Below the pieces are notes generated by a model. It was not told where the DNA came from, made no database searches, and worked only from the letters and a program-made list of their open reading frames with translations. The position numbers and the translations under genes were made by a program. Positions 36,290 to 45,465 of a DNA stretch of 64,000 nucleotides are shown one piece after another; the first letter of the stretch is position 1; the number at the start of each line of letters is the position of its first letter. Source of the DNA: Coriobacteriales bacterium (lineage in GTDB: Bacteria; Actinomycetota; Coriobacteriia; Coriobacteriales; UMGS124); the NCBI GenBank assembly GCA_048173955.1, contig DBEYOB010000022.1, forward strand, positions 7,048 through 71,047. Direction: 5' to 3'.

Positions 36290-38332
36290 ATGGAACTCAC
36301 CCGTCGCAACTTCCTCGCAGGCGCCGCGACCACCGCCGCGGTCGCCACCGCGGCCGGCAGCGTCACGCTCGCCGCCGCCCCCGAGGCCGCCCAGGCCAAG
36401 GCCCCCGCCGAGGACAACTCCGACTGGCTCGGCACCGCCCCCGATATCTCCGAGGACGAGATCGTCGAGACCCGCGAGTGCGAGCTGCTCATCGTGGGCG
36501 CCGGCAACGGCGGCATGCCCGCTGCCGCTACCGCGGCCGAGCTCGGTGTCGACTTCATCATCGCCGAGAAGAGCACGATGGTGTGCGGCGAGCGCGGCTG
36601 GCTCGGCGCCGTGAACTCCCACTACCTCACCGATCAGGGCCTCGAGGACGACAAGGGCAAGATTCTCAACGAGCTCGCCCGCTACGCCTCCGGCAAGTGC
36701 GACATGCGCGTGTGGAAGGTCTGGATCGACGAGTCCGCCGAGATGATCGACTGGCTCGACCAGGTCTACGCCCCGCTCAACCTCACCTGCACGCTCGACG
36801 TCGACAACCAGGACCCCACGGGCGGCACCCTCTACTACATCCCCCGCACCGAGCACTTCTACAACGGCGAGGACGGCCGCCCTGCCCGCAACGCCATCTT
36901 CGAGCGCTACATCAACAGCCTCGGCTACCAGGTGACCTATGAGACGGCCCTCGTCAAGCTCGAGCGCGAGGAGGGCGGCCGCGTGACCGGCGGCATCTTC
37001 ACCACGCCCAACGGCTACGTGCGCATCAACGCCTCCGCCGGCGTGCTGCTCACCACGGGCGGCTACCCGGCCAACCCGCAGATGGTGCAGGCCTGCGCCC
37101 CCATCATCGAGCGCGTCGTGACCCTGGTGTACTACAACACCAATGACACCGGCGACGGCATCAAGGCCGCCATGTGGGTCGGCGCCCAGAAGGACGAGGA
37201 CCAGGCCCCCATGCTCTTCAACCGCGGTCTCGTGAAGCCCGGCGAGAGCGCCGGCTACACCTCCACCGAGGGCACCGGCAGCTTCGCCGGCGTGGGCAAG
37301 CAGTACAACATCGGCTCGCAGCCGTTCCTCAAGGTCGACCGTACCGGCCGCCGCTACGGAAACGAGTCGGTGCCCTACGACTTCGACCTCAACGCGATCG
37401 CCGAGCGTCCGGGCGGCGTCTTCTGCCAGGTGTTCGACGCCAACGCCAAGGAAGACATCATGCGCTTCAACACCATCGGCTGCTCGCGCCAGATTCAGCA
37501 GCAGCTGGCCGCGCATGAGGGCACCCTCGAGGAGTTCTTCGCCGACAAGATCGAAGAGGGCACCATCTTCGTGGCCGACACCATCGAGGAGCTTGCCGAC
37601 AAGCTCGGCTTCGAGGGCGAGGCCAAGGACACGTTCCTGGCCGAGGTCGACCGCTACAACACTCTCTACGACAACCAGCTCGACGAGGACTTCGGCAAGG
37701 AGGCCTACCGCCTCTCCGAGCTGCGCACCCCGCCGTTCTTCGGCGGTTGGTACGGTGCGAGCTTCCTTACCACGGTCGACGGCCTGCGCATCAACGAGAA
37801 CATGCAGGTGCTCGACATGGAGGACCAGGTCATCCCCGGCCTGTACGCCGCCGGCGACTGCTCGGGCAGCCTGTTCGCCAACAACTACCCCGAGCTCATC
37901 GTGGCCAACGCCTGCGGCCGCACGGTGACCTTCGGCCGCCACGCCGTTCGCCATATCGCCGAGCAGGCCGGCTACGACATCACGGCCGTCACCATGGGCG
38001 ACGCGACCTACGGTGCCGACGCGGAGGCCGAGGCCGAGGAGGCCGCCGCTCCCGCCGGCCCCCTGGCCGACGGCACCTACGAGGGCACCGGCAAGGGCAT
38101 CGGCGGCGACGTGCCGGTGACCGTGACCGTCGAGGGCGGCGCCATCACCGCCGTCGAGGTCGGCGACAACTCCGAGACCCAGGGCATCGGCTCCAACGCC
38201 ATCGAGCAGCTGCCCGCGGCCATCGTCGCGGCCAACGGCACGAGCGGCGTGGAGGGCGTCTCCGGCGCCACCATCACCTCGACGGCCATCTTCGACGCGG
38301 TGAACGACTGCCTGGCTCAGGCGAGCGCGTAG
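36290..38332 (+). CDS. Tat-signal flavoprotein reductase: FAD (fumarate-reductase-like) domain plus C-terminal FMN_bind domain
   Basis: Start is MELTRRNFLAGAATTAAVATAAGSVTLAAAPEAAQA. Then SDWLGTAPDISEDEIVETRECELLIVGAGNGG. The C-terminal FMN_bind domain (GTYEGTGKGIGGDVPVTVTVEGGAITAVEV) has flavinylation-type motif GVEGVSGATITS. Confidence 0.9.
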   Translation: MELTRRNFLAGAATTAAVATAAGSVTLAAAPEAAQAKAPAEDNSDWLGTAPDISEDEIVETRECELLIVGAGNGGMPAAATAAELGVDFIIAEKSTMVCGERGWLGAVNSHYLTDQGLEDDKGKILNELARYASGKCDMRVWKVWIDESAEMIDWLDQVYAPLNLTCTLDVDNQDPTGGTLYYIPRTEHFYNGEDGRPARNAIFERYINSLGYQVTYETALVKLEREEGGRVTGGIFTTPNGYVRINASAGVLLTTGGYPANPQMVQACAPIIERVVTLVYYNTNDTGDGIKAAMWVGAQKDEDQAPMLFNRGLVKPGESAGYTSTEGTGSFAGVGKQYNIGSQPFLKVDRTGRRYGNESVPYDFDLNAIAERPGGVFCQVFDANAKEDIMRFNTIGCSRQIQQQLAAHEGTLEEFFADKIEEGTIFVADTIEELADKLGFEGEAKDTFLAEVDRYNTLYDNQLDEDFGKEAYRLSELRTPPFFGGWYGASFLTTVDGLRINENMQVLDMEDQVIPGLYAAGDCSGSLFANNYPELIVANACGRTVTFGRHAVRHIAEQAGYDITAVTMGDATYGADAEAEAEEAAAPAGPLADGTYEGTGKGIGGDVPVTVTVEGGAITAVEVGDNSETQGIGSNAIEQLPAAIVAANGTSGVEGVSGATITSTAIFDAVNDCLAQASA

Positions 38333-38420
38333 TCTCACCTCGTCTGCCTGCGCGGCCCTTCGGGTTCCGGAAGGGCGTCGCCGTGCATCGCATTTCCCTG
38401 TAGTTCGGTTCGTTCTTGCA

Positions 38421-38454
38421 ACCCGGCTCGCCTTCAGGGCGGGCCGGGTTTTTG
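38421..38454 (+). terminator. Rho-independent terminator after reductase 36290..38332
   Basis: acccggctcgcc-ttcag-ggcgggccgggt followed by TTTTT. Confidence 0.8.
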
Positions 38455-38895
38455 GCATCGTCGGCGATTCGATGCTGGCGATGGACTTAATGCCAGCGAT
38501 TCGATGCTGCCGGCGGTCCGTGTCAGCGAAAAGCGGTCGGGCTGGCCAAAAAGCGGGATCGTGAATGCCAGGCGGCGCTCCGTGGGGCGATTTTGACCCC
38601 GCGGGACCTGGTTCGACTCCCGCCCGCGTCTCGGTACATGAAGCTCCTGCATCGGCGTTTTGACGTTCGTGCTGGTAGCGGTCGCACGGGCGCCGATGGC
38701 CAAGGCGTGTCCCCATATATCAAAATACGATATATTCGCACGATCGCCGATTTTGGCCACTCCATGCTCGTTTTCTTGACGCGGGGCGTTCCGTTCGGCG
38801 CGTGCGGGGCGTCTTCGGGGTATACGGGAGACAGGTGGCGCACATGTGGAGCGCTGCCGGTTGCCCGCACGTGCCGGACAAAGGAGGAACCACCG

Positions 38896-39195
38896 TTGAA
38901 ATGCCCCGTCTGCAACGTCGACCTTGTCATGAGCGAGCGCCAGGGCATCGAGATCGACTATTGCCCGCAGTGCCGCGGCGTATGGCTCGACCGCGGCGAG
39001 CTCGACAAGATCATCGAGCGCAGCACCGCGCAATTCGCCGCACCTGCCGCGTCTTCCGTTCGCCCTGCGGCGAAACCCGAGCGCCGCTACGACGACGATG
39101 ACTATCGTTCCCGTGATTGGGACGACGATCATCGCCACGGCAAGCGCAAAAAGCGCGAGAGTTTTCTGAGCGATCTGTTCGACTTCGGGGATTAG
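38896..39195 (+). CDS. TFIIB-type zinc-ribbon protein with charged C-terminal tail
   Basis: A TTG start at 38896 lies 8 nt after a perfect AAGGAGG. The nearby ATG at 38901 is out of frame. CPVC..x15..CPQCRGVWLDRGELDKIIE is the zf-TFIIB pattern. The tail is RRYDDDDYRSRDWDDDHRHGKRKKRESFLSDLFDFGD. Confidence 0.75.
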   Translation: MKCPVCNVDLVMSERQGIEIDYCPQCRGVWLDRGELDKIIERSTAQFAAPAASSVRPAAKPERRYDDDDYRSRDWDDDHRHGKRKKRESFLSDLFDFGD

Positions 39196-39286
39196 GCCGT
39201 TCGGTCGCCATGCGCCGTGCGAAGCGGGCCGCCGCCGATTCCGGCTGGCGGCCCGCTTCGCATGCGGCACGACCTCGGGGAGGTGC

Positions 39287-40228
39287 CTATGCCTTGCCGC
39301 CTTCCAGCGGCCGCCCGCTGTAGTCCAGGTCGCAGGCCTGCACGAGCTCGGCATCGTTGCCGGTTGCAAACCGCTCGATCAGCCCGGCGTAGTCGGCCAG
39401 GGCGCGCTCGAACACCTCGGCAAACCCCTCGTTCGAGGCGCCGCCCTTGAACGGGTCGGTCCAGGTGCGCCGCCACGGGTTCATCGAGGGGTTGTCTGCC
39501 CCCTGGTCGGTGCGGTGCGCGAGCGCCGCGAGCTGCGAGTGCGGGCGTACGACCCGTTCGAGCACACCCAGCCAGCGGGTGCGCTGCGACCCGGATGGCT
39601 CGATGAGGCGGTAGCAGAGCCGCATGTCGCCGAGCGCGCCCTCGTAGTCGACGGGCCGCAGCCCCAGGCCGAACACCCGGTTGGCGACGTCCGCCATGAG
39701 CGCCCCCGCGGGCCGGGTCGCCTGCGGGTCGCCCTCGAGCACGGAGACGGGCGGCACCTCCGCGGTGCTGCGCCCGCGATATGCGTCGAGGACGCCGCAG
39801 TCGATCTCGCTCTCGATGATCGCGTGCACCTCGTGGTGGGCGTCGGCCAGCGCCTCGTCCGCGCCGCACAGCTCGTCCTCCATCGCATAGACGTACGGAT
39901 GGGCGCAGCGGTCGAGCGCATAGTGCGCGAGCAGGCCGTATGCGAACGCCCGTCCGGCGGGCCGGTCGGCTGCTGGCAGGCGCGCGATGCCGGCGCGCAC
40001 CGCGGCGAAGGCCTCGCCGACCTTGTCGCGGTGCATGGCCCCCGCAAGCTTTCGGGCGACGCTGCCGCGCGGCGTGGTGACGGCGAAAAAGAACGGGTCG
40101 GGTCCCTGGCATCCCAGACAGAAGGCGCGCAGCGCGTACGCGGGGACGTCCGCGCCGTCGAGCTGCGGGACGGCCCCCCGGTTGACGGCTTCCTCTCCGA
40201 ACAGGCAGTGCGTTATGAGTGCGGGCAC
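39287..40228 (-). CDS. Zinc-dependent phospholipase C-family (Zn_dep_PLPC-like) protein
   Basis: GTG start at 40228 (VPALITHCLFGEE) with RBS gaagggag 5 nt upstream. His-rich motifs GAMHRDK, LLAHYALDRCAHPYVY and HHEVHAIIESEID resemble the metal ligands of this family. Confidence 0.6.
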   Translation of the reverse strand: MPALITHCLFGEEAVNRGAVPQLDGADVPAYALRAFCLGCQGPDPFFFAVTTPRGSVARKLAGAMHRDKVGEAFAAVRAGIARLPAADRPAGRAFAYGLLAHYALDRCAHPYVYAMEDELCGADEALADAHHEVHAIIESEIDCGVLDAYRGRSTAEVPPVSVLEGDPQATRPAGALMADVANRVFGLGLRPVDYEGALGDMRLCYRLIEPSGSQRTRWLGVLERVVRPHSQLAALAHRTDQGADNPSMNPWRRTWTDPFKGGASNEGFAEVFERALADYAGLIERFATGNDAELVQACDLDYSGRPLEGGKA

Positions 40229-40565
40229 GGCGGCTCCCTTCGATGCATGCGGCGTTCGGTCTGTATGGTACCCGCCGGATTCGGGCGGCGGCATGCCTTC
40301 GCCAGCTCTCCGCATCCGCCCTCCTGCGGCGGTCCCGGATCCCGCCCGCCGGCCCCTCCGCGGGTCGGCGGTGGCCGTTTTGCGCTCGCACCTCCCCGGG
40401 CGGCGCCCGAAGCGCTACCATACGTGGGTCGACGGACGGTCGAATCGGCCGCCGGATGGCCGAACGAGTTGGCAGGACCCCGAACGGGTCGACGGAAGAC
40501 CGAACATCGGTGCGGCGCAGGGCGGAACGGCGCCCGCGCCCACTGCTCGAGGAGGGCATGTGGAC

Positions 40566-41915
40566 GTGAGGGACGTTGAAGTGGTCGCGGGTCCGGAGGG
40601 CGGGGAGGCGGGGGCGCCCGCCGGCGCCCCGTCGGCGTCGGGCAGGCTGACGAAGCTCGAGCGCAACTGGGTGCTCTACGACGTGGCGAACTCCGCCCTC
40701 GTCCTGCTGTCGACCGCCGTGGTCCCCATCTACCTCGACTCGCTGCTCGAGGCGGCCGGCCGCAGCGACGTGGTGACGTCGTTCGGGTATGCCCAGACCA
40801 TCGCGAGCCTCGCGGTCGCGGTCCTGATGCCCATCCTGGGGTCGCTCGCCGACTTCCAGGGCAAGAAGATCCGTTTCTTCCTCGGCTTCTTCCTCACCGG
40901 CCTGGTCTGCTGCTTCGGCATGGCGCTGCCGCTGGGCTGGCTGGCGTTCCTCGCGGTGTACGTCGTGGCGACCGTCGGCCTCAACTCGAGCATGACGTTC
41001 TACGACGCCATGCTGGTCGACGTCACGACCGACGCCCGCATGAACAAGGTGTCCTCGCACGGGTACGCCTGGGGCTACGTGGGGTCGACGATTCCGTTCG
41101 TGGCATGCCTCGCGCTCATCCTGGCCGGGCCTTCCATCGGCATTCCCACCGAGCTCGCCACCCGCGCGTCGTTCGTGATAACCGGTGCGTGGTGGCTCGC
41201 CTTCACGGTGCCGCTCCTCCGCACCTACCGGCAGACGCACTGCAAGCCTGCCGAGGACGCGCGCCATGCCGTGCGCGACACCTTTGCGGGCCTCATGGCG
41301 ACCATGCGCAAGATCGCGCGCGACAGGGCGCTGCTCTACTTCATGATCGCGTTCTTCTTCTACATCGACGGGGTCCACACGGTCATCAGCATGAGCACCT
41401 CGTACGGCACGAGCCTGGGCATCGATTCGACGCAGCTCGTGCTCGCCCTGCTCGTGACCCAGTTCGTGGCGTTTCCGAGCGCCATCGCCTACGGCAGGCT
41501 CGCCGACGCGTTCGGCACGCGCCGCATGATCGTCATAGCGGTCGTCGCCTACGCCTGCATCGTCCTGTTTGCGGCGTTCTTCCTCAAGTCGGCGACCGAG
41601 TTCTGGATCCTCGCCATCGCGGTCGGCCTGTTCCAGGGCGGCATCCAGGCGCTTTCGCGCAGCTATTTCGGCAAGCTCGTTCCCAAGGAGAACGCCAACG
41701 AGTTCTACGGGTTCTTCGACATATTCGGCAAGTACGCGAGCGTCATGGGGACCCTGCTCGTCTCGGTCATCACGCAGCTGACGGGCAATGCGAGCCTCGG
41801 GGTGCTCTCGATCGGCGTGCTGTTGGTGGTCGGCCTGGTGTTCCTGCTGAGGATGCCCCAGACCGGCAGGCGCGCCGGACACGACGCCGGCGCGGACGAT
41901 CGGGTCGCTGCGTAG
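40566..41915 (+). CDS. MFS transporter, UMF1 / Atg22-like family
   Basis: LERNWVLYDVANSALVLLSTAVVPIYL is the family's N-terminal signature. There are 12 predicted TM segments. The start is uncertain (GTG 40560 or 40566 after gaggaggg). Confidence 0.8.
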   Translation: MRDVEVVAGPEGGEAGAPAGAPSASGRLTKLERNWVLYDVANSALVLLSTAVVPIYLDSLLEAAGRSDVVTSFGYAQTIASLAVAVLMPILGSLADFQGKKIRFFLGFFLTGLVCCFGMALPLGWLAFLAVYVVATVGLNSSMTFYDAMLVDVTTDARMNKVSSHGYAWGYVGSTIPFVACLALILAGPSIGIPTELATRASFVITGAWWLAFTVPLLRTYRQTHCKPAEDARHAVRDTFAGLMATMRKIARDRALLYFMIAFFFYIDGVHTVISMSTSYGTSLGIDSTQLVLALLVTQFVAFPSAIAYGRLADAFGTRRMIVIAVVAYACIVLFAAFFLKSATEFWILAIAVGLFQGGIQALSRSYFGKLVPKENANEFYGFFDIFGKYASVMGTLLVSVITQLTGNASLGVLSIGVLLVVGLVFLLRMPQTGRRAGHDAGADDRVAA

Positions 41916-41924
41916 GGGAGCGGT

Positions 41925-42920
41925 ATGGATGCGGAAAGGAGCGCGGTGGCCATGGCGGCAGCGCGTGCAGCGGGACCGGGGGCGGGTATGGCGGGGCCGA
42001 AAGCCGGCGCGACGGGGCAGGGGGCGGGCGCAGCCGGCGGCAGGCGCCGCGTCCCCGGGGTCGCCCTCATGTTCGAGGGCGGCGGGATGCGGGCGAGCTA
42101 TACGTCGGCCGTGGTCGCGACCCTCGTCGAGCAGCGCATCGACTTCGAGTTCGTGTGCGGGCTGTCGGCGGGGGCGAGCAACTCGGTCAACTACCTGTCG
42201 GGCGACGCGCCCCGCGCCCGCCGGAGCTTCGTCGACCTGGTGCGCGAGCCCGAGTTCGGCGACTGGCGCACGTTCGTGCGGGGCAAAGGGCTCTTCTCGG
42301 CCGCGTGGATCTATCAGGAGACGGGCAAGCCCGAGGGCGTCCTGCCCTTCGACATGGATGCCTTTCTGGGCAACCCCGCCGGACTCGCCATCCAGGCGTT
42401 CGACCGCGACAGCGGCGAGACGGTCGTGTGGCGCAAGGAGGATATGCCCACGCTCGACGACGTGATGGTGCGCGTCCGGGCGAGCAGCACCCTGCCGGTT
42501 GTGATGCCCCCGGTCACCATCGACGGACGCACCTTCTACGACGGTGGGCTCGGCTGCGGCGGCGGCATCCCGCTGCAGCTCGCGCTCGACGCCGGTTACA
42601 CCCGCGTGTTCGCCGTGCTCACCCGGCCGCGCGGCTACCGCAAGGGCGCCCCGAACGCGATGGCGCGGGCGGTGGCGAACCTCTACCGGCGCTATCCCAA
42701 GGTTCGCGAGGCCCTGCTTACCCGGTTCGAGCGGTACAACGCCGAGCTCGACCGGCTCGAGGCCATGGCGGAGCGGGGCGATGCCTGCATCGTCTACGCC
42801 GACAAGATGGCCGTGCAGAACAACACGACCGACTACGACGCCCTCGTGCGCAGCTACGAGGACGGCTACGCGCAGGCCCAGGCCGAGCTCCCACGCTGGC
42901 TGGAGTGGCTCGGCGCATAG
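41925..42920 (+). CDS. Patatin-like phospholipase
   Basis: Oxyanion motif is FEGGGMRASY, nucleophile elbow is GLSAGAS, and the Asp of the dyad lies in FYDGGLG. The N-terminus is a roughly 45-aa Ala/Gly-rich extension. It starts 10 nt after the MFS stop. Confidence 0.85.
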   Translation: MDAERSAVAMAAARAAGPGAGMAGPKAGATGQGAGAAGGRRRVPGVALMFEGGGMRASYTSAVVATLVEQRIDFEFVCGLSAGASNSVNYLSGDAPRARRSFVDLVREPEFGDWRTFVRGKGLFSAAWIYQETGKPEGVLPFDMDAFLGNPAGLAIQAFDRDSGETVVWRKEDMPTLDDVMVRVRASSTLPVVMPPVTIDGRTFYDGGLGCGGGIPLQLALDAGYTRVFAVLTRPRGYRKGAPNAMARAVANLYRRYPKVREALLTRFERYNAELDRLEAMAERGDACIVYADKMAVQNNTTDYDALVRSYEDGYAQAQAELPRWLEWLGA

Positions 42921-42966
42921 GGGAGGGGCGCGGGAGCTGCGCCGGCGGCGGTGGGGCGGGGCCGAT

Positions 42967-43290
42967 GGCCAAAAAGCGCCCGATTGCGTGCCCGGGGGCC
43001 GGAGGGCGGTCAAAACAGGCTCGAGTGCGTGCGCGTGGGCTGGAGGGCGGTCAAAACAAGCCCGAGTGCGTGATTCTAGAAAAGTGTTGGTCATTTGAAC
43101 GGCGAGTGTATGCGGCGAAGGGGCTTTGGGCGACACGTGCCTTTTTAGTCGACAAGGAAAGGCCAGGTAGAACGTTTGCCCGTGAGGTCATCGCTTCGAC
43201 GGGTGGCGCCGGGTCGCCTCAATTGGCACGCACTCGTTGGTTTATTGACCACTACTTTTCTAGAAACATACATTCGCCGGGAAAATGACC
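42967..43290. repeat. Intergenic repeat family 1, copy B: 4 forward and 2 reverse 24-bp units (mirror image of copy A)
   Basis: Forward units are at 42967, 43008, 43049 and 43089 (period 41, 41, 40 bp). Reverse units are at 43227-43250 and 43267-43290. Spacer TTCTAGAAAAGTGTT is conserved with copy A. The central segment is 114 bp. Confidence 0.8.
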
Positions 43291-43574
43291 GCCCCGCCGC
43301 CTGCACCCCGCCGCCCGCCATCGCTCTGCCTGCCGCCAGACCGCCCCGCCACCCCGCCGCGCCACCCACCGACCCCCGCGCTGTCGCGTCCTTCCATGAC
43401 CCTCGACGTGCGCGCGGTCGATGGAAAGGGTCGGCGCAATTGCGGCGCATCCGTTCCTAGGCGTATAGTGAATCCGTGTGAACCGCCGCCGCATCGCCGC
43501 CGCGCCGCGTTCTGTGCCGGGGTCGACAACACGGCCAGCCGCACTGCGGCCTGTCAAATCGAGGAGACTTTCGC

Positions 43575-44129
43575 ATGCGCATCGCCATCGCTTCCGACCA
43601 CGCCGGGTTCGACCAGAAGACCGAGCTTGTACCGTTCCTCCAGGGGTTGGGCCACGAGGTGGTCGATCTGGGGCCCGAGACGGGCGACCGCGTCGACTAC
43701 CCCGACTACGCCGAGAAGGTCGCTCGGGCGGTTGCCGCCGGCGAGGCCGACCGCGGCGTGCTGATCTGCGGCACGGGCATCGGCATGGCGGTTGCGGCGG
43801 ACAAGGTGGCGGGCATCCGCGCCGTCAACATCACCTCGCCCGAGTTCGCCGAGCTCGCCCGCCGTCACAACGACGCCAACGTCATCACGCTCTCGGGGCG
43901 CTTCGTCTCGCTCGAGGAGAACGAGCGCATCCTCAAGGTGTTCCTCGTTGCCGAGTTCGAGGGCGGCCGCCATGCCCAGCGCGTCGCGAAGATCATGGCG
44001 CTCGACCTGTCGGGCAAGCGCTCCGCGGCGACGGCGCCCCGCGTGACCCCCATGCGCTCGACGCTGGCCGAGAGCCTCAACGCCGCCGTCGAGGCGAAGC
44101 TGGGCCCGGTCGACGCCCAGCAGAACTGA
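43575..44129 (+). CDS. rpiB: Ribose-5-phosphate isomerase B
   Basis: [15 protein letters not shown]...[23 protein letters not shown]...[13 protein letters not shown]. It has a C-terminal extension of about 35 aa. RBS gaggaga. Confidence 0.92.
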   Translation: MRIAIASDHAGFDQKTELVPFLQGLGHEVVDLGPETGDRVDYPDYAEKVARAVAAGEADRGVLICGTGIGMAVAADKVAGIRAVNITSPEFAELARRHNDANVITLSGRFVSLEENERILKVFLVAEFEGGRHAQRVAKIMALDLSGKRSAATAPRVTPMRSTLAESLNAAVEAKLGPVDAQQN

Positions 44130-44181
44130 CCTCGGCCGCACCCCCGCACGCTCGCCCGACATCGAACGGGAGGAACCTTCT

Positions 44182-44862
44182 ATGTCTGAAACCCTCGCCA
44201 ACGGCTCCGCGCTGCGCGACAGCGTCCTCGCGTCCGAGCGCGTCCACGTGATCGACCATCCCATGGTGCAGCACAAGCTGGCCATTCTGCGCGACAAGGA
44301 GACGAGCTGCAAGCAGTTCCGCGAGCTCGTGCGCGAGGTCGCCCTGTTCGAGGGCTACGAGGCGACGCGCGACTTCCCGCTGCGCGACGTCGAGGTCGAC
44401 ACTCCCGTCGCCCGGGCGACCTGCCGCATGATCGAGGGCAAGAAGGTCGCCGTCATCCCGATCTTGCGCGCGGGCCTCGGCATGGTCGAGGGGCTGCTCG
44501 ACCTGATTCCCGCGGCGCGCGTCGGCCACATCGGCCTGTACCGCGACCCCGAGACCCACGAGCCCCACACGTACTACTGCAAGTTCCCGGCCGACATCGA
44601 CCAGCGGACCTGCCTCGTGGTCGACCCGATGCTCGCCACGGGCGGCTCCATCGTCGCCGCGGTCGACTACCTGCGCGGGGCGGGGGTCAAGGACGTGCGC
44701 GTCCTGTGCGTCCTGGCTGCCCCGGAGGGCCTGTCGCGCGTGCTCGAGGCCGACCCCGAGGTCCAGCTCTATGTGGGGTCCGTCGACGACGGGCTGAACG
44801 AGAGCGCCTACATCGTCCCCGGCCTCGGCGACGCGGGCGACCGCATCTTCGGCACCATCTAG
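44182..44862 (+). CDS. upp: Uracil phosphoribosyltransferase
   Basis: [28 protein letters not shown]; PRPP loop is [12 protein letters not shown]; [16 protein letters not shown]. Confidence 0.95.
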   Translation: MSETLANGSALRDSVLASERVHVIDHPMVQHKLAILRDKETSCKQFRELVREVALFEGYEATRDFPLRDVEVDTPVARATCRMIEGKKVAVIPILRAGLGMVEGLLDLIPAARVGHIGLYRDPETHEPHTYYCKFPADIDQRTCLVVDPMLATGGSIVAAVDYLRGAGVKDVRVLCVLAAPEGLSRVLEADPEVQLYVGSVDDGLNESAYIVPGLGDAGDRIFGTI

Positions 44863-44879
44863 CGGCGGGGAGGGCAGCG

Positions 44880-45338
44880 ATGGCGCAGGACGGCCGCCCC
44901 TCGTGGGACGAGTACTTCATGCAGATCGCCGATGTCGCCGCGACACGCTCGACGTGCATCCGCCGCCATGTCGGCGCAGTCATCGTGTACGACCGGCGCA
45001 TCCTCGCGACCGGGTACAACGGGGTCCCGTCCGGCATCGAGCACTGCGCCCAGCGCGGCTGCCTGCGCGAGGAGCTCGGCATCCCCAGCGGCACGCAGCA
45101 CGAGCTGTGCCGCGGCCTGCATGCCGAGCAGAACGCCCTCATCCAGCTCGCCCGCCACGGCGGCATCGCGGCGGACGGGGCCACGGTGTACTGCACCGCC
45201 CACCCCTGCGTCCAATGCACCAAGATGCTCATCAACGCGGGCGTCCGCCGCATCGTGTACCGGGATTCATACCCCGACGAGCTGAGCGCGTCGCTGTTGA
45301 GGGAGGCCGGGGTCGCCACCGAGCGTTTCGGCGGATGA
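44880..45338 (+). CDS. dCMP deaminase (ComEB-type cytidine/deoxycytidylate deaminase)
   Basis: [20 protein letters not shown]; zinc motifs are HAEQNA and [13 protein letters not shown]. Confidence 0.9.
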   Translation: MAQDGRPSWDEYFMQIADVAATRSTCIRRHVGAVIVYDRRILATGYNGVPSGIEHCAQRGCLREELGIPSGTQHELCRGLHAEQNALIQLARHGGIAADGATVYCTAHPCVQCTKMLINAGVRRIVYRDSYPDELSASLLREAGVATERFGG

Positions 45339-45429
45339 GTCGGCGGAGGCCGGGGCGGCCGAGTTAGGCACGTCTAATGCGTTGTCTGCGGTTTGTGGCG
45401 AAATGGAGCGCCTGGCGGGCCGATGGCCC

Positions 45430-45465
45430 AAATCGGCACCTTTCACGGTTGAAAGGCGCCGATTT
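45430..45465. other. 16-bp stem hairpin (15/16 paired) flanked by A- and T-tracts; candidate bidirectional terminator overlapping the atp promoter -35
   Basis: aaatcggcacctttca-cggt-tgaaaggcgccgattt. Confidence 0.5.

Noticed and set aside
38597-38630. GGTTCGACTCC T-loop-like motif considered as a tRNA or tmRNA gene.
   Set aside because: The five bases flanking the putative 7-nt loop (CCTGG / CCCGC) do not pair. I could not build an acceptor, D or anticodon arm upstream, and there is no tmRNA-like 5' end (GGGG..TTCGAC). It is kept only as a possible att-site remnant in the findings.
42967-43112. Four tandem roughly 41-bp repeats considered as a possible mini-CRISPR array.
   Set aside because: The segments between the conserved 24-bp cores are themselves conserved (..GGAGGGC, TTCTAGAAAAGT). 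An inverted partner array lies 114 bp away, and the same structure recurs at 26887-27220. No cas genes or leader are present. It was therefore classed as a repeat family instead.
39192-43136. The largest ORF in the window (1314 aa, minus strand).
   Set aside because: It is antisense to three well-supported plus-strand genes (MFS, patatin) and crosses the PLC-like gene and the repeat array in another frame. Its translation is Arg/Pro/Ala/Gly-rich with no motifs. This is the typical long shadow ORF of a 65% GC genome.
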